Shown here: in pieces, positions 1 through 14,761 of the stretch
Layout of the letters: the number at the start of each line of letters is the position of its first letter
How positions within the stretch are numbered: position 1 is the stretch's first letter
Assembly: GCF_009914755.1 (NCBI RefSeq)
Contig: NC_060948.1
Length of the DNA stretch: 64,000 nt
Strand: one strand, 5' to 3'
DNA from: the human T2T-CHM13v2.0 reference genome, Homo sapiens
Made by a program: the position numbers and the translations under genes
The notes under the pieces: model-generated
Seen by the model: the letters and a program-made list of their open reading frames with translations, nothing else
Told to the model about the DNA's origin: nothing
The model's database searches: none

Positions 1-242
1 CGCCATCTTTGCTCACTGCAACATCTGCCTCACGGGTCCAAGCGATTGTCCTCCCTCAGCCTCCCAGGTAGCTGGGACTACACCACACTGGGACTACACC
101 AGCTGCCACCATACCTAGCTAATTTTTTGGGATTTCATTAGTGACAGCGTTTCACTGTATTGGCCAGGATGGTCTTGATCTCTTCACCTTGTGATCCCCT
201 TGCCTTGGCCTCCAAATTTGCTGGGATTACAGGCCTGAGCCA
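1..242 (-). mobile_element. Alu (AluY/Sc-like) remnant, U1, cut by window start
   Basis: Reverse-complement Alu hallmarks: gctcactgcaa, cctcagcctccc, gctgggactaca, gctaattttt, ggccaggatggtcttgatctc, gctgggattacaggc.tgagcca. The 'ggatggtct' motif and the lack of the extra 'ag' before gtgatcc point to AluY/Sc. Confidence 0.9.
172..242 (-). promoter_or_regulatory. Remnant Alu internal Pol III promoter: A-box-like TGGCTCAGGCC (242-232) and B-box GATCAAGAC (180-172); representative copy
   Basis: Minus-strand reading of ggcctgagcca and gtcttgatc at the canonical Alu left-monomer positions. The B box fits GWTCRANNC. Activity is not shown. Confidence 0.45.
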
Positions 243-810
243 AGATCCATATTTTTTAAAAGAAAAAAAATTTCAAAGGTACTCTGCTTGGTACAATAAT
301 CAAATGTATAAACTGAGGAATAAAACATAACCATGAAACCTACTTATAACTGTATACGGAAAATACAGAGGATAATTTTTTAAATAACATATTTTGAAAG
401 CCTTAACTAGTAATTTGAAGAGTTGGCATTTGAAAGGCCAGTATGAATATACCTTCAAAGCAGCAACACAGGTTCCCCATGAGAAAAAGCAAACTCAGGG
501 AAAATAAAACCACAAAGGTTCCATCTCTTCTGACCTTTGAAAGACACAGCACAGACAGTGGTCCTTAGGACGAAGAGCAGGAGACCCCTAATTCCGTCAC
601 CATGGCGATAGGGCATAAACATTGCTGGGTGAGGGCACAATCCACATTGTGAGGTCCAACTGCTGCCAGGAAGACAGGAGTGCTTTTACATAGACCGAAA
701 GGTCATTGAAGGCTCAGAGTTTTGTTTCAAGAACTGAATCCCAAGCCCACACGTTATTAGGCTGCGCTTCTTAAAACAAGTTATGAGATGGGAAAAAGGG
801 CACCCACAAA
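243..810. repeat. HSATI-type non-Alu segment of the unit (representative copy, U1; present at the same offset in every unit)
   Basis: Complex, moderately AT-rich sequence between the Alu 5' end (…gagcca) and the start of the TA-rich tract (…gggcacccacaaa). The name follows from the known DYZ2 composition; boundaries are approximate. Confidence 0.75.
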
Positions 811-2370
811 CATACGTATACATTATGTATATAATAATATACAGTATCATATATATAATATATATAACCTATGTATAATATTGTTTTACATCCTGCATCT
901 TATAATATATATATTGTATAAAATATAATAATTGATAATATATAAGTTTTATATTTATACAATATGACATATAGTATATATTATAATTTATGACATATAT
1001 AATATATGTTATATATCATATATAGAATATATTATACGGTTAATATACGTATTAAATATAAATTATACTTTATATATATTATATATAATATATCTGTTAT
1101 ATAAAATACCCATTATGCATAATATATATGTTATGTCTATGTTATATATAGTATAAAACAACATATAATAATATATAATTGTATATATAAAATGCGACAT
1201 ATAATATATATTATATTTTGTGACATATGTAATATATATTATATATTATATATAATACGTTGTATGTATAATACCTATATTAAATATATATTATATGACT
1301 ATGTTATTAATTACATGTCACATATGTTATATATTATATATTTTACATAGAATATACCGGTTACATACAATATATACTATGTTACCTATAATGTATAATT
1401 TATTACATGTAAAATAAAGAATGCAATATATTATGTATAATTTATAATATACAATATGTGGAATGTGATATATATAACACATAATATATGATATAAGATA
1501 TACAGTATATGATATATAACATACAATATATGATACCTAATATATATGGTATACAATATATATTTTATGATATGTATTCTATATGTTTTATATTCTGTTA
1601 TATATAACTATTTGAAATTATATATAACTGTATAATATTTTATGTAAATATGTAATATAATATATATAACCATATAATATATTATATATAACTATATATT
1701 ATGTTATATATACTTTTATAACATAATTTACATAAAATATCATAATATAATATATATTATATTATTTCATATTACATAATATATATTACATATCACCCAA
1801 TATAATTAACATACATAATATTATAATATAGATTATATTATGTTATATTAAATATCATATATATCATGTATCATATATTCTATAATATATATTATACATT
1901 ATATAATATGTATGTTGTCTATTATGTGATATATATAACTATATATATAATTATATTATTATACATATAACTAGATAAACATGTAATTTGACATATTTTC
2001 ATTTATAATATATAGAATTATATAATCATATATAATTATTTATATTCTATAAAAAATTATATCATTATATAAATTATAATATATAAAAATTATAACATGT
2101 ACTACAAATATATATATTATATATCATATATGATATAGCACCTTTGTTATATATCATAATACATACAAATGTGTATTATGTTATCTATAATTGTAAAATT
2201 TCATATATAAGATGTATAATGTGCATTATATATTATATATGTTATGTAATATATGTAGTATACATAAGATGACACAGGATAAATATTATATACTATGACA
2301 TATAAAATATATGAGGTTATATGTTACGTATAAGGCATAGCACATAACACGTAATATATATCATATATAA
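811..2370. repeat. AT-rich low-complexity segment of the unit (representative copy, U1)
   Basis: About 1,560 bp of interrupted TA/TATA/TATTA sequence with very few G/C, ending directly at the Alu T-tract and repeated in every unit. Confidence 0.92.
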
Positions 2371-2662
<292 letters not shown>

Positions 2663-4774
2663 AGATCCATATTTTTTAAAAGAAAAAAAATTTCAAAGGT
2701 ACTCTGCTTGGTACAATAATCAAATGTATAAACTGAGGAATAAAACATAACCATGAAACCTACTTATAACTGTATACGGAAAATACAGAGGATAATTTTT
2801 TAAATAACATATTTTGAAAGCCTTAACTAGTAATTTGAAGAGTTGGCATTTGAAAGGCCAGTATGAATATACCTTCAAAGCAGCAACACAGGTTCCCCAT
2901 GAGAAAAAGCAAACTCAGGGAAAATAAAACCACAAAGGTTCCATCTCTTCTGACCTTTGAAAGACACAGCACAGACAGTGGTCCTTAGGACGAAGAGCAG
3001 GAGACCCCTAATTCCGTCACCATGGCGATAGGGCATAAACATTGCTGGGTGAGGGCACAATCCACATTGTGAGGTCCAACTGCTGCCAGGAAGACAGGAG
3101 TGCTTTTACATAGACCGAAAGGTCATTGAAGGCTCAGAGTTTTGTTTCAAGAACTGAATCCCAAGCCCACACGTTATTAGGCTGCGCTTCTTAAAACAAG
3201 TTATGAGATGGGAAAAAGGGCACCCACAAACATACGTATACATTATGTATATAATAATATACAGTATCATATATATAATATATATAACCTATGTATAATA
3301 TTGTTTTACATCCTGCATCTTATAATATATATATTGTATAAAATATAATAATTGATAATATATAAGTTTTATATTTATACAATATGACATATAGTATATA
3401 TTATAATTTATGACATATATAATATATGTTATATATCATATATAGAATATATTATACGGTTAATATACGTATTAAATATAAATTATACTTTATATATATT
3501 ATATATAATATATCTGTTATATAAAATACCCATTATGCATAATATATATGTTATGTCTATGTTATATATAGTATAAAACAACATATAATAATATATAATT
3601 GTATATATAAAATGCGACATATAATATATATTATATTTTGTGACATATGTAATATATATTATATATTATATATAATACGTTGTATGTATAATACCTGTAT
3701 TAAATATATATTATATGACTATGTTATTAATTACATGTCACATATGTTATATATTATATATTTTACATAGAATATACCGGTTACATACAATATATACTAT
3801 TTTACCTATAATGTATAATTTATTACATGTAAAATAAAGAATGCAATATATTATGTATAATTTCTAATATACAATATGTGGAATGTGATATATATAACAT
3901 ATAATGTATGATATAAGATATACAGTATATGATATATAACATACAATATATGATACTTAATATATATGGTATACAATATATATTTTATGATATGTATTCT
4001 ATATGTTTTATATTCTGTTATATATAACTATTTGAAATTATATATAACTGTATAATATTTTATGTAAATATGTAATATAATATATATAACCATATAATAT
4101 ATTATATATAACTATATATTATGTTATATATACTTTTATAACATAATTTACATAAAATATCATAATATAATATATATTATATTATTTCATATTACATAAT
4201 ATATATTACATATCACCCAATATAATTAACATACATAATATTATAATATAGATTATATTATGTTATATTAAATATCATATATATCATGTATCATATATTC
4301 TATAATATATATTATACATTATATAATATGTATGTTGTCTATTATGTGATATATATAACTATATATATAATTATATTATTATACATGTAACTAGATAAAC
4401 ATGTAATTCTACATATTTTCATTTATAATATATAGAATTATATAATCATATATAATTATTTATATTCTATAAAAAATTATATCATTATATAATTTATAAT
4501 ATATAAAAATTATAACATGTACTACAAATATATATATTATATATCATATATGATATAGCACCTTTGTTATATATCATAATACATATAAATGTGTATTATG
4601 TTATCTATAATTATAAAATTTCATATATAAGATGTATAATGTGTATTATATATTATATATGTTATGTAATATATGTAGTATATATAAGATGACTCAGGAT
4701 AAATATTATATACTATGACATATAAAATATATGAGGTTATGTGTTACATATAAGGCATAGCACATAACACGTAA

Positions 4775-5081
<307 letters not shown>

Positions 5082-7186
5082 AGATCCATATTTTTTAAAA
5101 GAAAAAAAATTTCAAAGGTACTCTGCTTGGTACAATAATCAAATGTATAAACTGAGGAATAAAACATAACCATGAAACCTACTTATAACTGTATACGGAA
5201 AATACAGAGGATAATTTTTTAAATAACATATTTTGAAAGCCTTAACTAGTAATTTGAAGAGTTGGCATTTGAAAGGCCAGTATGAATATACCTTCAAAGC
5301 AGCAACACAGGTTCCCCATGAGAAAAAGCAAACTCAGGGAAAATAAAACCACAAAGGTTCCATCTCTTCTGACCTTTGAAAGACACAGCACAGACAGTGG
5401 TCCTTAGGACGAAGAGCAGGAGACCCCTAATTCCGTCACCATGGCGATAGGGCATAAACATTGCTGGGTGAGGGCACAATCCACATTGTGAGGTCCAACT
5501 GCTGCCAGGAAGACAGGAGTGCTTTTACATAGACCGAAAGGTCATTGAAGGCTCAGAGTTTTGTTTCAAGAACTGAATCCCAAGCCCACACGTTATTAGG
5601 CTGCGCTTCTTAAAACAAGTTATGAGATGGGAAAAAGGGCACCCACAAACATACGTATACATTATGTATATAATAATATACAGTATCATATATATAATAT
5701 ATATAACCTATGTATAATATTGTTTTACATCCTGCATCTTATGTTATATATATTGAATAAAATATAATAATTGATAATATATAAGTTTTATAATTATACA
5801 ATATGACATATAGTATATATTATAATTTATGACATATATAATATATGTTATATATCATATATAGAATATATTATACGGTTAATATACGTATTAAATATAA
5901 ATTATACATTATATATATTATATATAATATATCTGTTATATATAATACCCATTATGCATAATATATATGTTATGTCTATGTTATATATAGTATAAAACAA
6001 CATATAATAATATATAATTGTACATATAAAATGTGACATATAATATATATTATATTTTATAACATATGTAATATATATTATATATTATATATAATACGTT
6101 GTATGTATAATACCTATATTAAATATATATTATATGACTATGTTATTAATTACATGTCACATGTGTTATATATTATATATTTTACATAGAATATACCGGT
6201 TACATACAATATATACTATGTTACCTATAATGTATAATTTATTACATGTAAAATAAAGAATGCAATATATTATGTATAATTTATAATATACAATATGTGG
6301 AACGTGATATATATAACATATAATATATGATATATGATATACAGTATATGATATATAACATACAATATATGATTCCTAATATATATGGTATACAATATAT
6401 ATTTTATGATATGTATTCTATATGTTTTATATTCTGTTATATATAACTATTTGAAATTATATATAACTGTATAATATTTTATGTAAATATGTAATATAAT
6501 ATATATAACTATATAATATATTATATATAACTATATATTATGTTATATATACTTTTATAACATAATTTACATAAAATATCATAATATAATATATATTATA
6601 TTATTTCATATTACATAATATATATTACATATCACCCAATATAACTAACATACATAATATTATAATATAGATTATATTGTGTTATATTAAATATCATATA
6701 TATCATGTATCATATATTCTATAATATATATTACACATTATATCATATGTATGTTGTCTATTATGTGATATATATAACTCTATATATAATTATATTTTTA
6801 TACATATAACTAGATAAACATGTAATTCTACATATTTTCATTTATAATATGTAGAATTATATAATCATATATAATTATTTATATTCTATAAAAAATTTTA
6901 TCATTATATAAATTATAATATATAAAAATTATAATATGTACTACAAATATATATATTATATATCATATATGATATAGTACCTTTGTTATATATCATAATA
7001 CATATAAATGTGTATTATGTTATCTATAATTATATAATTTCCTATATAAGATATATAATATGTATCATATATTATATATGTTATGTAATATATACAGTAT
7101 ATATAAGATGACACAGGATAAATATTATATACTATGATATATAAAATATATGAGGTTATATGTTACATATAAGGCATAGCACATAA

Positions 7187-7501
<315 letters not shown>

Positions 7502-9629
7502 AGATCCATATTTTTTAAATGAAAAAAAATTTCCAAGGTACTCTGCTTGGTACAATAATCAAATGTATAAACTGAGGAATAAAACATAACCATGAAACCT
7601 ACTTATAACTGCCTATGGAAAATACAGAGGATAATTTTTTAAATAACATATTTTGAAAGCCTTAACTAGTAATTTGAAGAGTTGGCATTTGAAAGGCCAG
7701 TATGAATATACCTTCAAAGCAGCAACACAGGTTCCCCATGAGAAAAAGCAAACACAGGGGAAATAAAAACACAAAGGTTCAATCTCTTCTGACCTTTGAA
7801 AGACACAGCACAGACAGTGGTCCTTGGGACGAAGAGCAGGAGACCCCTAATTCCGTCACCATGGCGATAGGGCATAAACATTGCTGGGTGAGGGCACAAT
7901 CCACATTCTGAGGTCCAACTGCTGCCAGGAAGACAGGAGTGCTTTTACATAGACCGAAAGGTCATTGAAGGCTCAGAGTTTTGTTTCAAGAACTGAATCC
8001 CAAGCCCACACGTTATTAGGCTGCGCTTCTTAAAACAAGTTATGAGATGGGAAAAAGGGCACCCAGAAACATACGTATACATTATGTATATAATAATATA
8101 CAGTATCATATATATAATATATATAACCTATGTGTAATATTGTTTTACATCCTGCATCTTATGTTATATATATTTTATAAAATATAATAATTGATAATAT
8201 ATAAGTTTTATAATTATACAATATGACATATAGTATATATTATAATTTATGACATATATAATATATGTTATATATCATATATAGAATATATTATACGGTT
8301 AATATACGTATTAAATATAAATTATACATTATATATATTATATATAATATATCTGTTATATATAATACCCATTATGCATAATATATATATTATGTCTATG
8401 TTATATATAGTATAAAACAACATATAATAATATATAATTGTATATATAAAATGTGACATATAATATATATTATATTTTATAACATATGTAATATATATTA
8501 TATATTATATATAATACGTTGTATGTATAATACCTATATTAAATATATATTATATGACTATGTTATTAATTACATGTCACATGTGTTATATATTATATAT
8601 TTTACATAGAATATACCGGTTACATACAATATATACTATGTTACCTATAATGTATAATTTATTACATGTAAAATAAAGAATGCAATATATTATGTATAAT
8701 TTATAATATACAATATGTGGAATGTGATATATATAACATATAATATATGATATATGATATACAGTATATGATATATAACATACAATATATGATTCCTAAT
8801 ATATATGGTATACAATATATATTTTATGATATGTATTCTATATGTTTTATATTCTGTTATATATAACTATTAGAAATTACATATAACTGTATAATATTTT
8901 ATGTAAATATGTAATATAATATATATAACTATATAATATATTATATATAACTATATATTATGTTATATATACTTTTATAACATAATTTACATAAAATATC
9001 ATAATATAATATATATTATATTATTTCATATTACATAATATATATTACATGTCACCCAATATAACTAACATACATAATATTATAATATAGATTATATTGT
9101 GTTATATTAAATATCATATATATCATGTATCATATATTCTATAATATATATTACACATTATATAATATGTATGTTGTCTATTATGTGATATATATAACTC
9201 TATATATAATTATATATTTATACATATAACTAGATAAACATGTAATTCTACATATTTTCATTTATAATATGTAGAATTATATAATCATATATAATTATTT
9301 ATATTCTATAAAAAATTTTATCATTATATAAATTATAATATATAAAAATTATAATATGTACTACAAATATATATATTATATATCATATATGATATAGTAC
9401 CTTTGTTATATATCATAATACATATAAATGTGTATTATGTTATCTATAATTATATAATTTCATATATAAGATGTATAATATGTATCATATATTATATATG
9501 TTATGTAATATATACAGTATATATAAGATGACACAGGATAAATATTATATACTATGACATATAAAATATATGAGGTTATATGTTACATATAAGGCATAGC
9601 ACATAACATGTAATATATATCATATATAA

Positions 9630-9921
9630 TTTTTTTTTAGACAGAATCTTGTCCTGTTGCACAGGGTGGGGTACAATGGCGCCATCTTTGCTCACTGCAA
9701 CTTCTGCCTCACGGGTCAAAGCGATTGTCCTCCCTCAGCCTCCCAGGTAGCTGGGACTACACCACACTGGGACTACACCAGCTGCCACCATGCCTAGCTA
9801 ATTTTTTGGATTTTTAGTAGTGACAGCGTTTCACTGTATTGGCCAGGATGGTCTTGATCTCTTCACCTTGTGATCCCCTTGCCTTGGCCTCCAAATTTGC
9901 TGGGATTACAGGCCTGAGCCA
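9630..9921 (-). mobile_element. Alu remnant, U5
   Basis: Same Alu motifs at unit periodicity. Confidence 0.9.
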
Positions 9922-12049
9922 AGATCCATATTTTTTAAATGAAAAAAAATTTCCAAGGTACTCTGCTTGGTACAATAATCAAATGTATAAACTGAGGAAT
10001 AAAACATAACCATGAAACCTACTTATAACTGCATATGGAAAATACAGAGGATAATTTTTTAAATAACATATTTTGAAAGCCTTAACTAGTAATTTGAAGA
10101 GTTGGCATTTGAAAGGCCAGTATGAATATACCTTCAAAGCAGCAACCCAGGTTCCCCATGAGAAAAAGCAAACACAGGGGAAATAAAAACACAAATGTTC
10201 AATCTCTTCTGACCTTTGAAAGACACAGCACAGACAGTGGTCCTTAGGACGAAGAGCAGGAGACCCCTAATTCCGTCACCATGGCGATAGGGCATAAACA
10301 TTGCTGGGTGAGGGCACAATCCACATTGTGAGGTCCAACTGCTGCCAGGAAGACAGCAGTGCTTTTACATAGACCGAAAGGTCATTGAAGGCTCAGAGTT
10401 TTGTTTCAAGAACTGAATCCCAAGCCCACACGTTATTAGGCTGCGCTTCTTAAAACAAGTTATGAGATGGGAAAAAGGGCACCCACAAACATACGTATAC
10501 ATTATGTATATAATAATATACAGTATCATATATATAATATATATAACCTATGTATAATATTGTTTTACATCCTGCATCTTATGTTATATATATTGTATAA
10601 AATATAATAATTGATAATATATAAGTTTTATAATTATACAATATGACATATAGTATATATTATAATTTATGACATATATAATATATGTTATATATCATAT
10701 ATAGAATATATTATACGGTTAATATACGTATTAAATATAAATTATACATTATATATATTATATATAATATATCTGTTATATATAATACCCATTATGCATA
10801 ATATATATGTTATGTCTATGTTATATATAGTATAAAACAACATATAATAATATATAATTGTACATATAAAATGTGACATATAATATATATTATATTTTAT
10901 AACATATGTAATATATATTATATATTATATATAATACGTTGTATGTATAATACCTATATTAAATATATATTATATGACTATGTTATTAATTACATGTCAC
11001 ATGTGTTATATATTATATATTTTACATAGAATATACCGGTTACATACAATATATACTATGTTACCTATAATGTATAATTGATTACATGTAAAATAAAGAA
11101 TGCAATATATTATGTATAATTTATAATATACAATATGTGGAATGTGATATATATAACATATAATATATGATATATGATATACAGTATATGATATATAACA
11201 TACAATATATGATTCCTAATATATATGGTATACAATATATATTTTATGATATGTATTCTATATGTTTTATATTCTGTTATATATAACTATTTGAAATTAT
11301 ATATAACTGTATAATATTTTATGTAAATATGTAATATAATATATATAACTATATAATATATTATATATAACTATATATTATGTTATATATACTTTTATAA
11401 CATAATTTACATAAAATATCATAATATAATATATATTATATTATTTCATATTACATAATATATATTACATATCACCCAATATAACTAACATACATAATAT
11501 TATAATATAGATTATATTGTGTTATATTAAATATCATATATATCATGTATCATATATTCTATATTATATATTACACATTATATCATATGTATGTTGTCTA
11601 TTATGTGATATATATAACTCTATATATAATTATATTTTTATACATATAACTAGATAAACATGTAATTCTACATATTTTCATTTATAATATGTAGAATTAT
11701 ATAATCATATATAATTATTTATATTCTATAAAAAATTTTATCATTATATAAATTATAATATATAAAAATTATAATATGTACTACAAATATATATATTATA
11801 TATCATATATGATATAGTACCTTTGTTATATATCATAATACATATAAATGTGTATTATGTTATATATAATTATATAATTTCATATATAAGATGTATAATA
11901 TGTATCATATATTATATATGTTATGTAATATATACAGTATATATAAGATGACACAGGATAAATATTATATACTATGACATATAAAATATATGAGGTTATA
12001 TGTTACATATAAGGCATAGCACATAACATGTAATATATATCATATATAA

Positions 12050-12341
12050 TTTTTTTTTAGACAGAATCTTGTCCTGTTGTACAAGGTGGGGTACAATGGC
12101 GCCATCTTTGCTCACTGCAACTTCTGCCTCACGGGTCCAAGCGATTGTCCTCCCTCAGCCTCCCAGGTAGCTGGGACTACACCACACTGGGACTACACCA
12201 GCTGCCACCATGCCTAGCTAATTTTTTGGATTTTTAGTAGTGACAGCGTTTCACTGTATTGGCCAGGATGGTCTTGATCTCTTCACCTTGTGATCCCCTT
12301 GCCTTGGCCTCCAAATTTGCTGGGATTACAGGCCTGAGCCA
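12050..12341 (-). mobile_element. Alu remnant, U6
   Basis: Same Alu motifs at unit periodicity. Confidence 0.9.
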
Positions 12342-14469
12342 AGATCCATATTTTTTAAATGAAAAAAAATTTCAAAGGTACTCTGCTTGGTACAATAATC
12401 AAATGTATAAACTGAGGAATAAAACATAACCATGAAACCTACTTATAACTGCATATGGAAAATACAGAGGATAATTTTTTAAATAACATATTTTGAAAGC
12501 CTTAACTAGTAATTTGAAGAGTTGGCATTTGAAAGGCCAGTATGAATATACCTTCAAAGCAGCAACACAGGTTCCCCATGAGAAAAAGCAAACACAGGGG
12601 AAATAAAAACACAAAGGTTCAATCTCTTCTGACCTTTGAAAGACACAGCACAGACAGTGGTCCTTAGGACGAAGAGCAGGAGACCCCTAATTCCGTCACC
12701 ATGGCGATAGGGCATAAACATTGCTGGGTGAGGGCACAATCCACATTGTGAGGTCCAACTGCTGCCAGGAAGACAGGAGTGCTTTTACATAGACCGAAAG
12801 GTCATTGAAGGCTCAGAGTTTTGTTTCAAGAACTGAATCCCAAGCCCACACGTTATTAGGCTGCGCTTCTTAAAACAAGTTATGAGATGGGAAAAAGGGC
12901 ACCCACAAACATACGTATACATTATGTATATAATAATATACAGTATCATATATATAATATATATAACCTATGTATAATATTGTTTTACATCCTGCATCTT
13001 ATGTTATATATATTGTATAAAATATAATAATTGATAATATATAAGTTTTATAATTATACAATATGACATATAGTATATATTATAATTTATGACATATATA
13101 ATATATGTTATATATCATATATAGAATATATTATACGGTTAATATACGTATTAAATATAAATTATACATTATATATATTATATATAATATATCTGTTATA
13201 TATAATACCCATTATGCATAATATATATGTTATGTCTATGTTATATATAGTATAAAACAACATATAATAATATATAATTGTACATATAAAATGTGACATA
13301 TAATATATATTATATTTTATAACATATGTAATATATATTATATATTATATATAATACGTTGTATGTATAATACCTATATTAAATATATATTATATGACTA
13401 TGTTATTAATTACATGTCACATGTGTTATATATTATATATTTTACATAGAATATACCGGTTACATACAATATATACTATGTTACCTATAATGTATAATTT
13501 ATTACATGTAAAATAAAGAATGCAATATATTATGTATAATTTATAATATACAATATGTGGAATGTGATATATATAACATATAATATATGATATATGATAT
13601 ACAGTATATGATATATAACATACAATATATGATTCCTAATATATATGGTATACAATATATATTTTATGATATGTATTCTATATGTTTTATATTCTGTTAT
13701 ATATAACTATTTGAAATTATATATAACTGTATAATATTTTATGTAAATATGTAATATAATATATATAACTATATAATATATTATATATAACTATATATTA
13801 TGTTATATATACTTTTATAACATAATTTACATAAAATATCATAATATAATATATATTATATTATTTCATATTACATAATATATATTACATATCACCCAAT
13901 ATAACTAACATACATAATATTATAATATAGATTATATTGTGTTATATTAAATATCATATATATCATGTATCATATATTCTATAATATATATTACACATTA
14001 TATCATATGTATGTTGTCTATTATGTGATATATATAACTCTATATATAATTATATTTTTATACATATAACTAGATAAACATGTAATTCTACATATTTTCA
14101 TTTATAATATGTAGAATTATATAATCATATATAATTATTTATATTCTATAAAAAATTTTATCATTATATAAATTATAATATATAAAAATTATAATATGTA
14201 CTACAAATATATATATTATATATCATATATGATATAGTACCTTTGTTATATATCATAATACATATAAATGTGTATTATGTTATATATAATTATATAATTT
14301 CATATATAAGATGTATAATATGTATCATATATTATATATGTTATGTAATATATACAGTATATATAAGATGACACAGGATAAATATTATATACTATGACAT
14401 ATAAAATATATGAGGTTATATGTTACATATAAGGCATAGCACATAACATGTAATATATATCATATATAA

Positions 14470-14761
14470 TTTTTTTTTAGACAGAATCTTGTCCTGTTGC
14501 ACAAGGTGGGGTACAATGGGGCCATCTTTGCTCACTGCAACTTCTGCCTCACGGGTCCAAGCGATTGTCCTCCCTCAGCCTCCCAGGTAGCTGGGACTAC
14601 ACCACACTGGGACTACACCAGCTGCCACCATGCCTAGCTAATTTTTTGGATTTTTAGTAGTGACAGCGTTTCACTGTATTGGCCAGGATGGTCTTGATCT
14701 CTTCACCTTGTGATCCCCTTGCCTTGGCCTCCAAATTTGCTGGGATTACAGGCCTGAGCCA
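14470..14761 (-). mobile_element. Alu remnant, U7
   Basis: Same Alu motifs at unit periodicity. Confidence 0.9.

Noticed and set aside
455-640. 61-aa minus-strand ORF (MCPHPAMF…) open in all 27 units
   Set aside because: It begins at TTG, resembles no protein family I recognise, and the visible variants mostly change amino acids. Staying open is expected at ~98-99% unit identity.
531-705. Inverted tgaccttt / aaaggtca (nuclear-receptor half-sites or terminal inverted repeats)
   Set aside because: Only 8 bp and isolated half-sites ~160 bp apart, with no TSD; compatible with chance.
811-2370. Numerous TATA boxes and AATAAA signals
   Set aside because: They are inevitable at this base composition and have no gene context.
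7702-7911. 69-aa plus-strand ORF (also 58483-58692)
   Set aside because: It is created by a private tag>tgg change in U4/U25, so it is useful only as a duplication marker.
9979-10194. 71-aa minus-strand ORF (MCFYFPCV…) in class-B units
   Set aside because: Its presence simply tracks class-diagnostic SNPs; the hydrophobic F/Y/L/K composition reflects AT-rich DNA.
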